Source: Octopus bimaculoides (Eukaryota). Taken from it: 64,000 nt of DNA. Position numbers and translations under genes: made by a program. The stretch is taken from positions 77,644,777 to 77,708,776 of the forward strand of contig NC_068991.1 of assembly GCF_001194135.2 (NCBI RefSeq), given 5' to 3'. Below, one piece after another: positions 49,460-62,982 of the stretch (positions are counted from its first letter, which is position 1; every line of letters starts with the position of its first letter). A model generated the notes under the pieces. The model saw nothing but the letters and a program-made list of their open reading frames with translations, did not search any database and was not told the DNA's origin.

Positions 49460-52400
49460 TTTTTAGCCAAAATATGTTGTTGGAATGGTAGTCATCATAA
49501 ACAGCCCCAAATACAAATAAGGATGTAGAAAACAGGCAATAATTTTGCATAACAATGATATCACATCTCTTAGAAATGAATTGGTCCATGTATCCGTTAT
49601 TAAACGGTTATTTGCAGTAACAGATTTTGGAACCTCATTCAGAGCTCAAGGCTCTGATTCAGTATTTTGTCCTTTATCAATAATTATGTCATTGTTCATT
49701 TGATCTCCATCAGCTAATAGACCCCCTTCATTATCAGGAATCCTATCTGTATCACCCTTTGCTTGAGATATAAATCCATTTTGTTGAAGTTCTTCATTTC
49801 ATTTGCATCAACACCAAACTGGAGCCCACAGTTTCATAGAACATTATTCACAGTGACTGTGTTTGTCTGAGCATCGAAGCTGATGGACAAACAGATCTTC
49901 CTGAGACAGGGTTTGTCTGATAACACCAATGCATGCAACTGAAATATGGATCTGAAGAATCTTTTACAAGGTGAGTTTGCTTTCAAATCCATTTTAACAT
50001 TAGTGACCGTTCTTTTTTTTTTTTCAGCAATTCCATTTGATTTTTGATGTTATGGAGTCATTTTGATCTTATGAAGCCATGTACACAAAACATCAGGAAA
50101 TTCATAGGTATTATCTGTTAGTAATTCTTTTCTGAAACAACATTTCTAGCAAACACAGACCCTAATACCTACCTAACCATTTCTGCTTCTTTATTCTAAA
50201 TTCTTATGACCACAGGTCAACCTAGGCGTCAACAAGTATTAAGAGCAAATCCTCAATTCTTGAGATAAGCATGATCCCTAGGTACACATATCCATGCTTT
50301 AATTTCTTTAGGTCTTATATGCCCTGTGTGAGGGATTTCTGATTTTATTCTAGTCTATATTAGACATCTTCTTTCGTATCTTATTGTTCCACATCTTTAT
50401 GGTTACCTAGTCAACATACTTCTGACTTCAGCTGATTCCTTATTGTTGCTGAACCACAATGTGTATGCTGCACATATTTTACCATAAATATTCTCAGTCT
50501 GGTGGAACAATTAATTTTGCCTTACACAAGATAGGATCATCAACTGTTAACATAATTTTCAAGGACTTAATTGGCCTTTCAAAAACAGTACACTTGCTCC
50601 AATTATATTAGATAAAATATTATCCTTAACAGTTTCCAATATTTCAGTTTCTACAAGATTAATTAAAAAAAAAATCGCCATTGTCATTATGTTCACTTCC
50701 TCCAACATTATCAATGAATTCCAGTTGGAATAATACATCAACACATAATATTTCAAAGGTGTTTCCCTGATACAAGGGGTCAGCTAAAAAGTTCATAGGT
50801 TAACCAAGAAACTCTCAGGGAATGGACAGGTGAGGTTTATTTTTCAACATAGTCCCCTTTTGGTTCAGACACTTCTTTCATTCATGTTGCAGTGCCTGGA
50901 TTCCATATCAACAGCAGACCTGACATCATCATCACTGCAATACTGGCTCCCAGCCAAATGGTTTTTTTTTTATGTTGAGGAACAGATGATTACCAAACGG
51001 GGCCAAATCAGGAGAATAAGGAGGTTGATTAACTTGTTCAAAGCTACAGTCTTGCACAGCATCCATTGAAATGAAGGGATTTGTGTGCTGGAGCATTGTC
51101 CTGATGAAACACTTTCCTCAAGTTTTCTGGGCATTGATAGACTTCTGTAACTGCCTCAGGAAGTTGGCACAGCACTCTCCATTGACGGTGTGACCCTTTT
51201 CAAGATAGTCCATAACTACAATACCTTTTGCATCCTAAAAAAACTGAGGTTGTCATTCTCCCCGCCAATGAAACAACCTTGGCCTTCTTTGGAATGGGTG
51301 AAGAGGAGTGTTTGTACTGCATGGATTGTCCCTTTGTCTCTGGCTCAAAGTGATGAAGCCAACCCTCATCCTGGCTTAGGAAGCATTCAAGGAAACCAGA
51401 CCAGCTGGATCTGCCTCAAACAATGTCAGATTTTCCCATGATGTGCTTAGTCTGGTGCACTTTTGATCAGGTATCAAGAAGACATTGCACCCACCAAGCA
51501 GAAATCTTCGTCATGTCAAGTTCATTGGGTAGAATATTCTCAATTCTGTCGCAGGATATGCTAACAGCATTGGCTTCTTTGGTTTATAACCAATTACCAG
51601 CCATCCTTCATCTTGTGGTGAACACTATCAATATTTTCCTTGGTAGTGGCAGTTGCAGGATATCCTGACTCTCCCCCCCCCCTCCCAAATTCAGCTGCCC
51701 AATTTTGCATTGTTGATAAAGCTGGAGCATCATCCTCTAATGCAGCGACCATGTCAGCATGAATGCCTTTGCGGGTACTAAACCATTTTTCTGCAAGTAC
51801 TTGATAACACCAAAATGCCGCATTTTGTCCATTTTCAAGAGGAGCCACTACTAATCACTTTTGAAGTCTTCTTTGAAAATTCAAATGTCAGTTTACCTGG
51901 AAAGAAACAATACATTTATAAATAAGAAGAGTTGAAATTAATGCATGCCAGATTTCCCAGCTCTAGCATCACTCCTTCATAGTCATCCTGTGAACTTTTC
52001 AACCCACCATTGTACATTTCTTAATCAAATATTCTCATATAAAGCTCATCTTACAAAATGACCCAAATTGATGTTAAAATTACATTCCTGTGGTCTCTGA
52101 TCCAAGACCAATTTTAATTTTCTGTTAAGCAGACGGTACCATACTTTTCAAGAACACATACAAATTGTTAAGGCTTCCATTTGCCTCTTTAAGTATCTTG
52201 TTTCAGCTGGGGTTAATCATCATCATCATCATCATCATCGTTTAACGTCCGCTTTCCATGCTAGCATGGGTTGGACGATTTGACTGAGGACTGGTGAAAC
52301 CGGATGGCAACACCAGGCTCCAGTCTGATAAATATATCACTGGATGAATGTCTTGTAAAAGTATTCCTGATATAGCCGTTTCACCTACATCCGTTATTAC

Positions 52401-54300
52401 GGTAACTTCTTTCATGGCATCATATATCTGGATTTCTGGCCAATGTCAAATTTATTTGCTTAAAGAACTCTTGTTGAAGGACTCTCCACAAAAATGAGAT
52501 GCCATATTTATACAGTGATGCCGATGGTGATTTGAAGTTTAAACAATGATTAATAAATCTTCCATAGAAATTTATAAGTCCAATGAAAGAAGATTCTAAT
52601 TACTTCTTGTCCTTTGGTTGCTTTGCATCCATAATTCTCCTTCTTTTGTAATCTTATATCCACAAAAAGGTAATTCATCAACCTCTATCACGAATTTAGC
52701 ATGACTGATCATTTTGTAATCTTATCCATCATGAAATGTAGATTTTCAACAGTTTTTTAATTAATTCATTTGTAGCAGACATGTTTTAGTTTCACCCAGG
52801 ACTGGGTTTTTTCCAGTTGTGAAAATTTTCATAAACAAAAATGTGATCTTCCCTCTTGAGTAATGGTGTCAGCAACAATCTGACCAATGAAATTCTATAA
52901 AAATGTTTTGAATTTTCAAATGATGAAGTCACCATTGATTTTTTTTCAATCAGATTTGTTCTAAGGAAGAAGAAAAGGGACCAGATCTAAAGCGAAAAGT
53001 CAGAGCTTGATGGGCAGAGTGTATGAATGTGTGCAGTGAAGTGTAACAGCTGGCAAATTCTCTCATTTGGTAGTTCCCATTATGTCATGGCTGTCAAAAT
53101 ACTCTGTGGTAAAAAGAAGCATCTACACTAACACTGGCACACTCACCATTTCCACAGACAAATTCTTGTTGCTCCCTCAACACACATTCTAGAACTATGA
53201 ACAGAACTCTCCAGCTTGATTTTACTTTCTGTTCTTGGAACAGTCATGTCCCATGTAAACTTTTAACAATAAAAGAATTAGTGCACTAAAAAGATAAAAA
53301 AAAAAAACTATTCTTCCCATTCATCTAACATCTCACCCATCAACATACATCATTCTGATAAACAATAATATTGTCAAAATATTTTTCATGATGTTCAATT
53401 GCTCTCTGAAACATAACAATGGCTATTCCAATGTCCACCTTAAAAGGTGCATTGCAGTATACAGTAGTAACTTCAAAAGCCATTTCTCTCTGATGATATA
53501 TGCCTTTCAATGTAGTTTAGTTTTTCGTTTTATGTCCCTCACTTCTTGCAATGTTTACCAATTACAGAACATTTTAAAGGCTGCAACATTTTTAATCAGA
53601 TTTATGCTTGTTTCTATTAAGATGTGACATCATCAAGATCATCCTGACTTTCTATAATTGTTTTTGTATTTCAAACATCTGAGATTTAAAAAATCATTTT
53701 AAGCTGTTGAATTAATTTTATGCATTACGCTTCTGATCATCTGACTAAAGATATTATAATGCTTTTACATAATGCTCAGGTGATTGGATGCCATGTTTGA
53801 ATCTCGTTTGAATCATGTCCTTTCTGTACTCTGTCCTTTGGTTCCAATTTTATCAAATTCATAAAAACCAGCTGACTCGTGTAATTTCTGAAAATAACTT
53901 TGAAGAGATTCACTTAGATTGTTGTCACAAGAAGCTGATTCCTTCAGCAATTACTAATTTATTTTGGAGACAATCTAATGACATTATCACAGATCTTATA
54001 CTTCTAAAATCCATTGTTATGAAATACTTGGGTTTTATCATTACTAAAACTCCTCATGTGGAAATACAACACACTTTAGATAAAATTTTTAAGAAACCAG
54101 TTTGATATTTGTTTCCTTTTTATTGTTAATTCCCAAATCTTCCATTCTTGCTGTAGCAGCAAAGAATTACAACCATACCTCTGTTGCATCTGAAGTGTTG
54201 AACAGAAACTCACTATTATTGCTGTGCTGTATACAGTGTTCAGCGAAATACAGTTGAGGTCTCTTACAATTCTTTCTCTTCAGATGCTTCTTTATCTAAT
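49460..54300 (-). mobile_element. Near full-length decayed Ty3/Gypsy LTR retrotransposon internal region (gag, RT, RNase H, integrase)
   Basis: gag LQSYFQKLHESAGFYEF..DMIQTRFKHGI (about 53.8 kb); RT VDELPFCGYKITKEG and SFIGLINFYGRFI (52.5-52.7 kb); RNase H YDAMKEVTVITDVGETAISGILLQDIHPVIYLS and LTPAETRY..EALTI; integrase H-T-H-C-G and P*HQKSNGIAE (50.0-50.5 kb). No LTRs confidently identified. Confidence 0.85.
50771..52014 (-). mobile_element. Full-length decayed mariner (1244 bp including both TA dinucleotides) inserted into the Gypsy pol
   Basis: Inverted ends tacaaggggtcagctaaaaagttcatagg and cctgtgaacttttcaacccaccattgta; transposase remnants KGIHADMVAALEDDAPALSTMQNWAAEF...ATTKENIDSVH and NELDMTKISAWWVQCLL (WVPHEL-like). 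Confidence 0.9.
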
Positions 54301-54329
54301 TGAATAACCAAAGAGTTTCATTGGACTCA

Positions 54330-55082
54330 CAACCACTTTAAACAGGAGAGAAATTTGTCCGCATGGATGACGGTGCACATGTGTTTAATGATTCTGCAAA
54401 GAAAGAGGCTTGGAGATGCCATTATGAAAGTCTGATGAATGTGGAGACCCAATTGAGGGACCAGCTACTCACATCGACAGTACCCTGGTAGGTAAAACAA
54501 TTAAGAATATTAAGACAGGGAAAGCCCCCAGCCCCACCACTGAGATGCTTAAAAATATCTGGTGGTGTGGGTTATGGTCTAGTCACCAATATTGTAAATC
54601 AGGTTGTCCATGAAGGAGTCATACCCAATGTCTGGTGTAGCAGCATCATAGTCAACTGTTACAAAGGTAAAGGTGATGTTTTAGATAGAAATAACTACAG
54701 GGGTATCAAATTGCTGGATCAGGTGATGAATGTCACAGAGAGGGTGATAGCCCAATTAACTAGGGAGATAGTTAGCCTAGATGAGATAAAGTTTGGTTTT
54801 GTGCCAGGTAGAAATACCACTGATGCTATATTTCTGGTAAGGCAACTGCAGGAGAAATACTTGGCCAAAGACAGATATCTGTACTTGGCTTTTGTTGACT
54901 TGGAGAAAGCCTTTGACAGGGTTACCCAATCCGTTATCTGGTGGTCAATGTAGAAACTAAGGATAGACAAGTGGTTGGTAGAAGCTGTACAAACCTTGTA
55001 CAGGGATGCTGTCAGTAAGGTGAGGTTTGGCAACAAGTATAGTGAGGAATTCCAGGTAGAAGTAGGAGTTCACCAAGAGTGT
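54330..55082 (+). mobile_element. RTE LINE internal fragment (RT domains 0-4)
   Basis: IPNVWCSSIIVNCYKGKGDVLDRNNYRGIKLL...FGFVPGRNTTDAIFLVRQLQEKY...LAFVDLEKAFDRV...SEEFQVEVGVHQ. Confidence 0.9.
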
Positions 55083-56271
55083 CATGGTGAATGGGGATCG
55101 TTTTCAGATCCTTGTTCCACGCCGTCTTCCTATTGGTTTTTCTAAGTCTGTTCTTCTATTCTAAGATGTTAAAGTGTGATTTTTAGGAAGATTTGGGTGC
55201 TATTTCTAACGTGACTCTCTTTATTGGCTTGTGACAAGCCTGGTAGTGGACATCGTGGACACAATGAAGTCCTGAGACTACAAACCACTGTATACTTCTT
55301 CCCACACCTCTTCTATTTGTCTCTTTGTCTTTCTGCTTCTCTTTCTCTCTCTCTTTACTATAATATCGTTGACAATGAGTGTTCTATAATGACCAAATAA
55401 GTGACACAAATGAAGTTGAAAAAGACAGAGAATATTCAGTATTGATGTGTTTTAATTGGTTTTCTAGTTTATTTGATATTATGCGGATTCCCCTCTTTCT
55501 TGGTTCGACGATCTTCAGCATCCACACTGATAAGCAATCCAAATCACATCCAAATAGACAGCTAAAGCAATCTATTTGCTTCTGTGATTCGACATTTACT
55601 TTTAATGGGGGAAACCCAACACGTATTGTATCTCTGCATTCTTGTCTTACTCAATGCTTCCCATAAGAAAGAAAATTGGATTTCGTTATATACGCCGAAC
55701 TTTAAACTTGTCATAAATATGGAAGCCTATAAATACAACCAAATTATCGATTTCATGTTGAATGCAGTGAATGAAGTGATGGTCAAAATATTGTAGCACA
55801 ATATTTTGTATGCTGAAATGATTACATTTTGGAATATTGATTTTTTTTAAACGTTGGCCCAAGATCACACGTTTTCTGGGTAAATTTAAAGTCAATTATA
55901 TTGAAACCAATATATTATTGGCACTAATTTTATAGGTTCTGGAAGAATGAAAGACAAAAATAAACCCCACTGTGATATGTACTCAGAACCGAAGAGGTCA
56001 GCAACCTTATATTTGGAATTTTATATTTCGTATTCTGGCATAAAGCCACCATCTTTTTTAATTTTCTTTATTGCAAAGATTTAATTAATTGAATCTCCTC
56101 CAGAATAAACCCAATAGACATTTTCTTGACCCAAGAAGGAAGAAAGACGGTCATCTAACAAGATTTGAATTTTTGCCGAAGAGGGTTGCAATGGAAATTT
56201 GAAGTGAGGCTTCTACTGAGTTTTGAACCATCTTAACTGACATCTCCACTTTAGAACCACGGCTCAGCTAT

Positions 56272-56480
56272 ATTCTTTCTTTTGCTTGCTTCAGTCATTT
56301 GACTGTGGCCATGCTGGAGCACCGCCTTAAAGGGTTTTTAGTCGAAGAAAGCAACCCCAGGACTTATTATTTGTGAGCCAAGTACTTATTCTATCAGTTC
56401 TTTTGCTGAACTGCTAGGTTTGGGGACATAAACACACCAACATCAGTTGTCAAGTGTTGGCGGGAGAACAAACGTACACA

Positions 56481-56531
<51 letters not shown>

Positions 56532-56693
56532 AAGACGGGCTTCTTTCAGTTTCCGTCTACCAAATCCGCCCACAAGACTTTGGTCAGTCCGATGTTATAG
56601 TAGAAGACACTTGCCCAAGGTGCCATGCGGTGGGATTGAACCTAGAACCATGCGGTTGAGAAGCAAGCTTCTTACTACACAGCTACACCTGCA
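56272..56693 (-). mobile_element. Full-length family-A CORE-like SINE with internal (CA)n
   Basis: Same head, core and tail as the other family-A copies. Confidence 0.85.
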
Positions 56694-59600
56694 CCTAGAA
56701 ATAAACTGTATCATCTTAAAAGGCATTAGCGCCTTTGGAAATATAATTCAATCAAAAGGTGATGGTCATCTACAAGAGGTCAAAAATGTCACCATAAAAG
56801 GCATTAGCACCTTCGTAAATATAGTTCAACCAATCAGATCAGCTGCTGTGAAACCAAAAAAGCAGCAGACTTTATGGATTTGCCCTCCAAATAGTTCTGC
56901 CGAAGATTCTTGAAGACCGACTGAAAGGTATAAAAACTCCCAAACATAACAATTTCAGGTGCTGCATAGAACTCTGTTAGTCAGTTTTGTGATCAGGTAT
57001 TCTCATTATTTTACTTATTTTACCTTTAATAACCATGAACAATTTTCATATCAATGGCTAAAATATTTTATGCAATGAAGTCTTGTAACTATCACATTCA
57101 CTATTTCTTGTATGTTGTTTTATTCAAATAATCGTTATACAGAGGTAAAGGCAAATGGTCTGAGTAATAAAAAAAAATATGGAAACTCACACTAATGTGG
57201 TCATTGTTGCTTTCACATGTAGCCAATCTAATATTGTTTTACCAACAACGAATTAAGGAGTAAGACTCTCTAGAATGAAGATTCACAAAATACTAATAAT
57301 AAACATTGACTTGGTCCTATACTGAGCCCCACTCTCTCTAACACTCACTCAGTATACCCTGATCCTCTCCAAAACAAATCCCTTATCCTTTCCCTATCTA
57401 TTTCTCATCTCTATAATCTAGAATATAATTCTGGATTCCAAAATTCTTACAAAAGATGGCGTCTTGTCACGAACGTGTGCGTGCGTATTTGTATGTACAC
57501 TCTCACTCGCAACTCAAGGTTGTCGAAGCCAGATATCAATGAAGGCGCCTTCTGTATTCATTGTGCTTTGTGATACGTGATGATTCTATTATATTCTTAT
57601 GCATATCATCAGGGAACGACCTGGTTGTCTACACCAGTGTACATCTCTCTGAACAAATCGTCCTTGTTGACTTTTGTAATTAACAATTTTCCCTGTCTCT
57701 CACACTCATCTCATATGAATGCTGCTGGTAAATGAAAGCCGAATGTTTTTTGTTTCTCTGAACTTTCTACAACAGCTTCTTCTCATTCTTGATCGGCAAA
57801 GAGAAACTCCAAACTCTCTTGATTTCTTTCTCTTCTCCAAATCCACATCTACCCTATTACTGCCGCCTCCATGCCATTAGATCATTTGACCATAACATGG
57901 TGAGAGTCAGCCACATAACGATCAACACTCGCCGCCTCCAGAACCCAAGAGAATTCAAGTTATTTTGTCAGAGACAGTTAAGCAGATGAGGTGACTGAAA
58001 CAAAACTCTTTGATGTGTCTGTAGCGAACTCTAGTGAACTTCCTCTCTCTCTATTATATATAAATACATACGAACGTAGCAGGTAGCAGCTAACTTTTGG
58101 GCGCTGTTTTGGACCCCGTTGTGTCTATCACTCCGATTAGTTGGGGTTGGCGCAATTTGTCTCTTACTCTATTGCACGCCAATATGCAACCCAACTAATC
58201 GCAACCTTCATATAAGTTACGTGAGACAGTTTGTTCCAAATAGCATTTGAGCCTGTCGTCAGCTATAAAAACTCACCTCCTACTAGTCTCAACGCCAGTT
58301 GGTTCCAGACTTTCTAAGGTCTAACCACCAACGTCGTCAACAACATCTACACAGCACCAATGCACTGCACTGGTTCTAACATATTGCTGTTCGTGAGCTT
58401 CACACCAAGGTCGACAGCTAACATACAACCCACGCAGTTGCATGTAGATATATGAATAAATGTACATCAACCACTTCCATTTATCATTCAGTCGTGTGGC
58501 CACAATAAACGTATTTAAAGTCATCACCTTTGTTCCATGTATTTCTTTACCTGGTTCCTGCTAAATAATATTACAGCCTTCTGAGCGGAATCACATAAGA
58601 TGGAATACCACATAACCATCCAAAGTGGTGACCCTACGTAATGTGGACACTATCCAACTGAAAATGGCCTGCAGCTGCGCTAATATGGTGTAGCTGAAGA
58701 ACATGGCCTAAATTGCGTGAAAATAATCCTTTCACCTCTTCTAAATTGGTTACTTTTACTCACCACTGCAGCTAAATCTCCAGTAGTAGATGTATAACAG
58801 AGGATCGAAACCTGAGTTTCACGTTCCTTTCCATTGCTTTTTATAATGAACGTAAAATCCACTTGCTTCCAAGTCAAATATTCGCCACCATCTTAGACGA
58901 AATAGAGGTAGATATGTCTAAACCGAATTCAACTCTGATTTCACGATTACGTTCAACTTTAACTAGGGTATATATTTGCGATATCTGTGAAAAAAAACTT
59001 CCTTGTTACCTTCCAGACAGTTTTTTTCTGTCACCTTCAGTCAATTTCCTTCTGCCAGGTCCAGAACAATTTCGTCGAGACACATACACGATCCCACGTG
59101 CGCGCACACATTCACTAACAAACTTCTTTCGCGCGATCCCTGAACTCTTTACCTTCCCCACTTCCACACACTTAGTGGCAGACTATTATGAAGACCAGAC
59201 AAGAGATTTTCGATGTAAACAGTCAGCCACAATACAAACTCGTCACAATTGTGTAATTACGGGGAAACTGAATAAAACACGAAACAAGAATGGACGTTCT
59301 TTCGGCAATCCATTTCAATACATCTAGAAATTATTCACTTGTTACATCCCATTACAACCGAAAAACAAAAATATACCTGCAGGAATTACACAATCTATGG
59401 ACTCTCCAGGTTTTTAAATTGCAGCTGATACTTTGAATCTTTTGCCGCAAGGATCTCAATCAACTTTGCAAAATCGTCTTTGTTCATCACTCATAAGCCA
59501 TGATGGATCCTTAAACAAACACTTTTACAGAAAAAAAAACTTGTAAATTTCTGCCTATTTTGGTTTCAATGACACAATGCACGATTCGACAAAACTCCTC

Positions 59601-60175
59601 CAACACTTTCCTTTTCATCATCCCCCACTTCGTAAACATTTTCGCCAAGTGAGAGAACCTCTGTTTAGTTTCCCGTCCTATTAGACAAAATAGCTAAATC
59701 TCCCTCAAATTACACTTTCCCATCTCAAGCAAAAACGGCAGGCATACATTCGATGATGTCCTACACATCGCTAAAAAGGAAATTCTATTAAAATTCCTTT
59801 CATATCTAAGATGCATGAAAGGAATAGACCTTACTACTCAATGCGTACTTTATCTTATCGACCCCAGAATGATAACAAAGTTAACCTCGGTGAAATTCGA
59901 ACTCATAACCTAAAAATCTATTACGTAATGTGGCAAACATTTTGTCCAATATTTTAACTCTTCTGACACTTCAAGGTAATCCTAAATAAATAATGCGGGA
60001 GAATGACATGATGGTCACGGCTGGAACATCTTTAATAATATTTCTGTTCACTCAGAGGTGGCAGGGGATGAAACAACGACATATTTGGTCGTTTTAAACC
60101 AACATGGCCACGAGCCCTCACAATATCCCTTCCATTGCACACCAAAGCTTGCCACAATCTCCACCGATCTCTTTA

Positions 60176-60218
<43 letters not shown>

Positions 60219-60625
60219 TCTTCCCCGTCCTCTCCCCCTCTCTGTCTTTCTTTCTTTCTCTCCCTCCCTCTTTCCTTCCCTCTTCATCTCTCTTCCTCGC
60301 TTTCTCAGTAATATATTCCTGCCACAGACAGTATCTGTAACCAGGGCAACCATCATATCCTGACGTTTGCGCTTTCTCGCATTTCAAAGCTGATTGGAGC
60401 AGTTTTTAACAATTGGGTTTCTTTCCCCAATACCGTGACTTTATTTCCTTCTCACGAACAACCCGTACGGAGTCTGGAGTCTGGAGTCAGAGCTACCCTG
60501 TATCCCCATGTCATTGACCTCTAATACCTCACCTTTGACAATTCGACGAAAGTAATGACGTTGTTCTTGACACCAACAGAGCATTCGATCGCACAAGAAT
60601 CTGCCAGCAATTCACAGCAACTCAC

Positions 60626-60796
60626 CAGTGGGTTTCAGCCGTCTCCCAACTTCGGGACTGGAAGCTTCGCATCGCAACGTGCAGGCGGGTCTCTCTTTAA
60701 GCCACAGTTTATCCTCTCCAGTATACTCCAAGATTCCGTTTTGACATCCACACTCTTCTCCATGTACATTGGAAACTTCGTGTCTTCTCCAACAAT
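60626..60796 (-). other. Candidate exon, 171 nt: either 5' UTR/first exon or a symmetric phase 1-1 coding exon
   Basis: Donor CTG|GTGAGT at 60625 and possible acceptor ctcaactcccag at 60797. One frame is open: CWRRHEVSNVHGEECGCQNGILEYTGEDKLWLKERPACTLRCEASSPEVGRRLKPT. Confidence 0.3.
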
Positions 60797-60831
60797 CTGG
60801 GAGTTGAGATACACACACATACGAGCGTGCG

Positions 60832-60867
<36 letters not shown>

Positions 60868-60978
60868 AAGCCACGAGAGGAAGAAATACTGGTGAGATGA
60901 GCCGGTTTAGGTGAACAAAGATAGGTAAAAGGTTATTGTACTCGTGTTTAAAGACACAGAGTGAGAGAAAGAGAGAGA

Positions 60979-61053
<75 letters not shown>

Positions 61054-61499
61054 AGGGAACAGGGCACCTGTGAGCTAGAATTTTAGGTGTGTTGGTGACT
61101 CAGTCTTTTACAGTCAGTTTAATGACATTTGGGATTATCTAGAATCTGTATGTGCTTGGGTGTGGCAGCTACACCGTTGAGAATTCATCAAGACATTGGT
61201 TTAAAACAACAATTTGTGTGAGACAATTTGTGTGCTCTTTCACCAAGCCTTTTCAGTGTTTTCAAGATTACTTTGGAATAGAAGCGCATAAAAAAATGCA
61301 AGATAATAAGTAAAAATAAAAATGAGATCGTTGGTGAATTTATATATTTAAAAAGAACAATATAAGATCAAAGAAATAAGTAAAATGCTACAAACAGAGG
61401 CTGCAGCGGTTTTACCAAATTGAGATCTTGTTTGGTAAAATAAAATGATTACAATAAAATATTTCACCTTCCAAGAACAATAGTAATTCCAACTGAACT

Positions 61500-61705
61500 A
61501 TTAAGGTGCAAATTATGGACGTGAGATGCTGAAAGTGAGGAAAAAATGATGGCGTTTGAGATGAAATCGCAGGCAAAACTGCTTTGTGTTCTGTAAAGAG
61601 AATGAGAGTTAAGAAAAGAAATTTGGGGAGAAGATTACGAAGCATGAAATTCTTCTAACAATTGTTAAAAGGCTGAAAATGAAGTGATTCGGTCATGTAA
61701 CTCGA
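61500..61705 (+). mobile_element. Old RTE/BovB-like LINE C-terminal fragment
   Basis: CKLWT*DAESEEKMMAFEMKS..LL...LLTIVKRLKMK*FGHVTR. Confidence 0.55.
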
Positions 61706-62937
61706 TACCATACCATACTCTTACGCTGGTTAGTCGGTTAATAGACCGATCGCGTGAAACTACGGTGGTTTACTCGTGGTATCTGACCGCGTATCCAATG
61801 ATTCGGTTACGAATCACCGCCATAGAGTTCATTCTATACAGTACCCAGGTGCCAAATATTCACAATACCCTGAAGAAATATTATATCGACATCAGTATGA
61901 GATTGATTCTTTCATTTATGAATTGCAGAAGGCTGAAAAACAAAGTTGCTCCCTGTGGGATTCGAACTCATAAACAAAAAAAAAAATTCTTTTACGATTC
62001 TACCGCCTTTACGATTCTGCGCTCTTCCTTTGTTTTTAGAAACAGTAACTTGTAAATCAAGAGATGTTTGATTGCTATTACCAGCAGGTCGTACATGGAG
62101 ATGGCTGTGTCAGTGAGGTGTAGTTGTGAATCTGCGTGTTAACTTTGAGAAAGAGAAAGCGAGAGAGGAAATAAAAGATCGACAAAACATTATATAAAAC
62201 TCTAATGTGAAAGCGTCAGTAGTTTTTGCTCGTTTCTTTGTCTTTCTGCTTTTTTTTTCCTTTTATTTTTTTATGTTTATGTTTCCTGGAGCTGAAACAA
62301 GTACGAACACGTCCAAGTATTAATAAAACGAACAACAATGTTTCATTGCCGTCTCTAAACGACCAATCAATTCTCAATATCTTTATGATTTAATTTCAAT
62401 ACTAAATCGTCTCGACTTGGTTAAGTCAGAGACGGATCTAGGTGGTTAACTGTTCGATTTGGTCTATCACCTGGTTGGCTGTTCGATCAATACTCATCGA
62501 TAAGGTAAGAGTTTCGGAGTTTCTCCCCGGCAACTCAACAATAGCTTTTCGTTTATTTATTTATTTGTTTATTTGTTTATTTATTTATCAATCCGTAATA
62601 GCATTTACTTTTGTTGCATTTTGCTCTGAATGTTTTTTAGATTTTTCTCAATACATANNNNNNNNNNNNNNNNNNNNNNNNNNNNNNNNNNNNNNNNNNN
62701 NNNNNNNNNNNNNNNNNNNNNNNNNNNNNNNNNNNNNNNNNNNNNNNNNNNNNNNNNNNNNNNNNNNNNNNNNNNNNNNNNNNNNNNNNNNNNNNNNNNN
62801 NNNNNNNNNNNNNNNNNNNNNNNNNNNNNNNNNNNNNNNNNNNNNNNNNNNNNNNNNNNNNNNNNNNNNNNNNNNNTATATATATATGCGTGTGTTTGTA
62901 TGTGTGGAGTGTGTGTGTGAATGTGTGTATGTATCTG

Positions 62938-62982
<45 letters not shown>

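Noticed and set aside
56717-56833. Repeat-spacer-repeat resembling CRISPR
   Set aside because: Only two diverged repeats, eukaryotic context, no cas genes.
57975-58010. cagatgaggtgactgaaac hammerhead-like string
   Set aside because: The invariant U4 is replaced and there is no real stem II.
58863-59327. 154-codon plus-strand ORF
   Set aside because: Begins at TTG, no recognisable domain, lies in the promoter-like block; likely chance.
61920-62025. tRNA-like gagttcgaatcccac on the minus strand
   Set aside because: No cloverleaf; it is the head and B box of a decayed family-B SINE.
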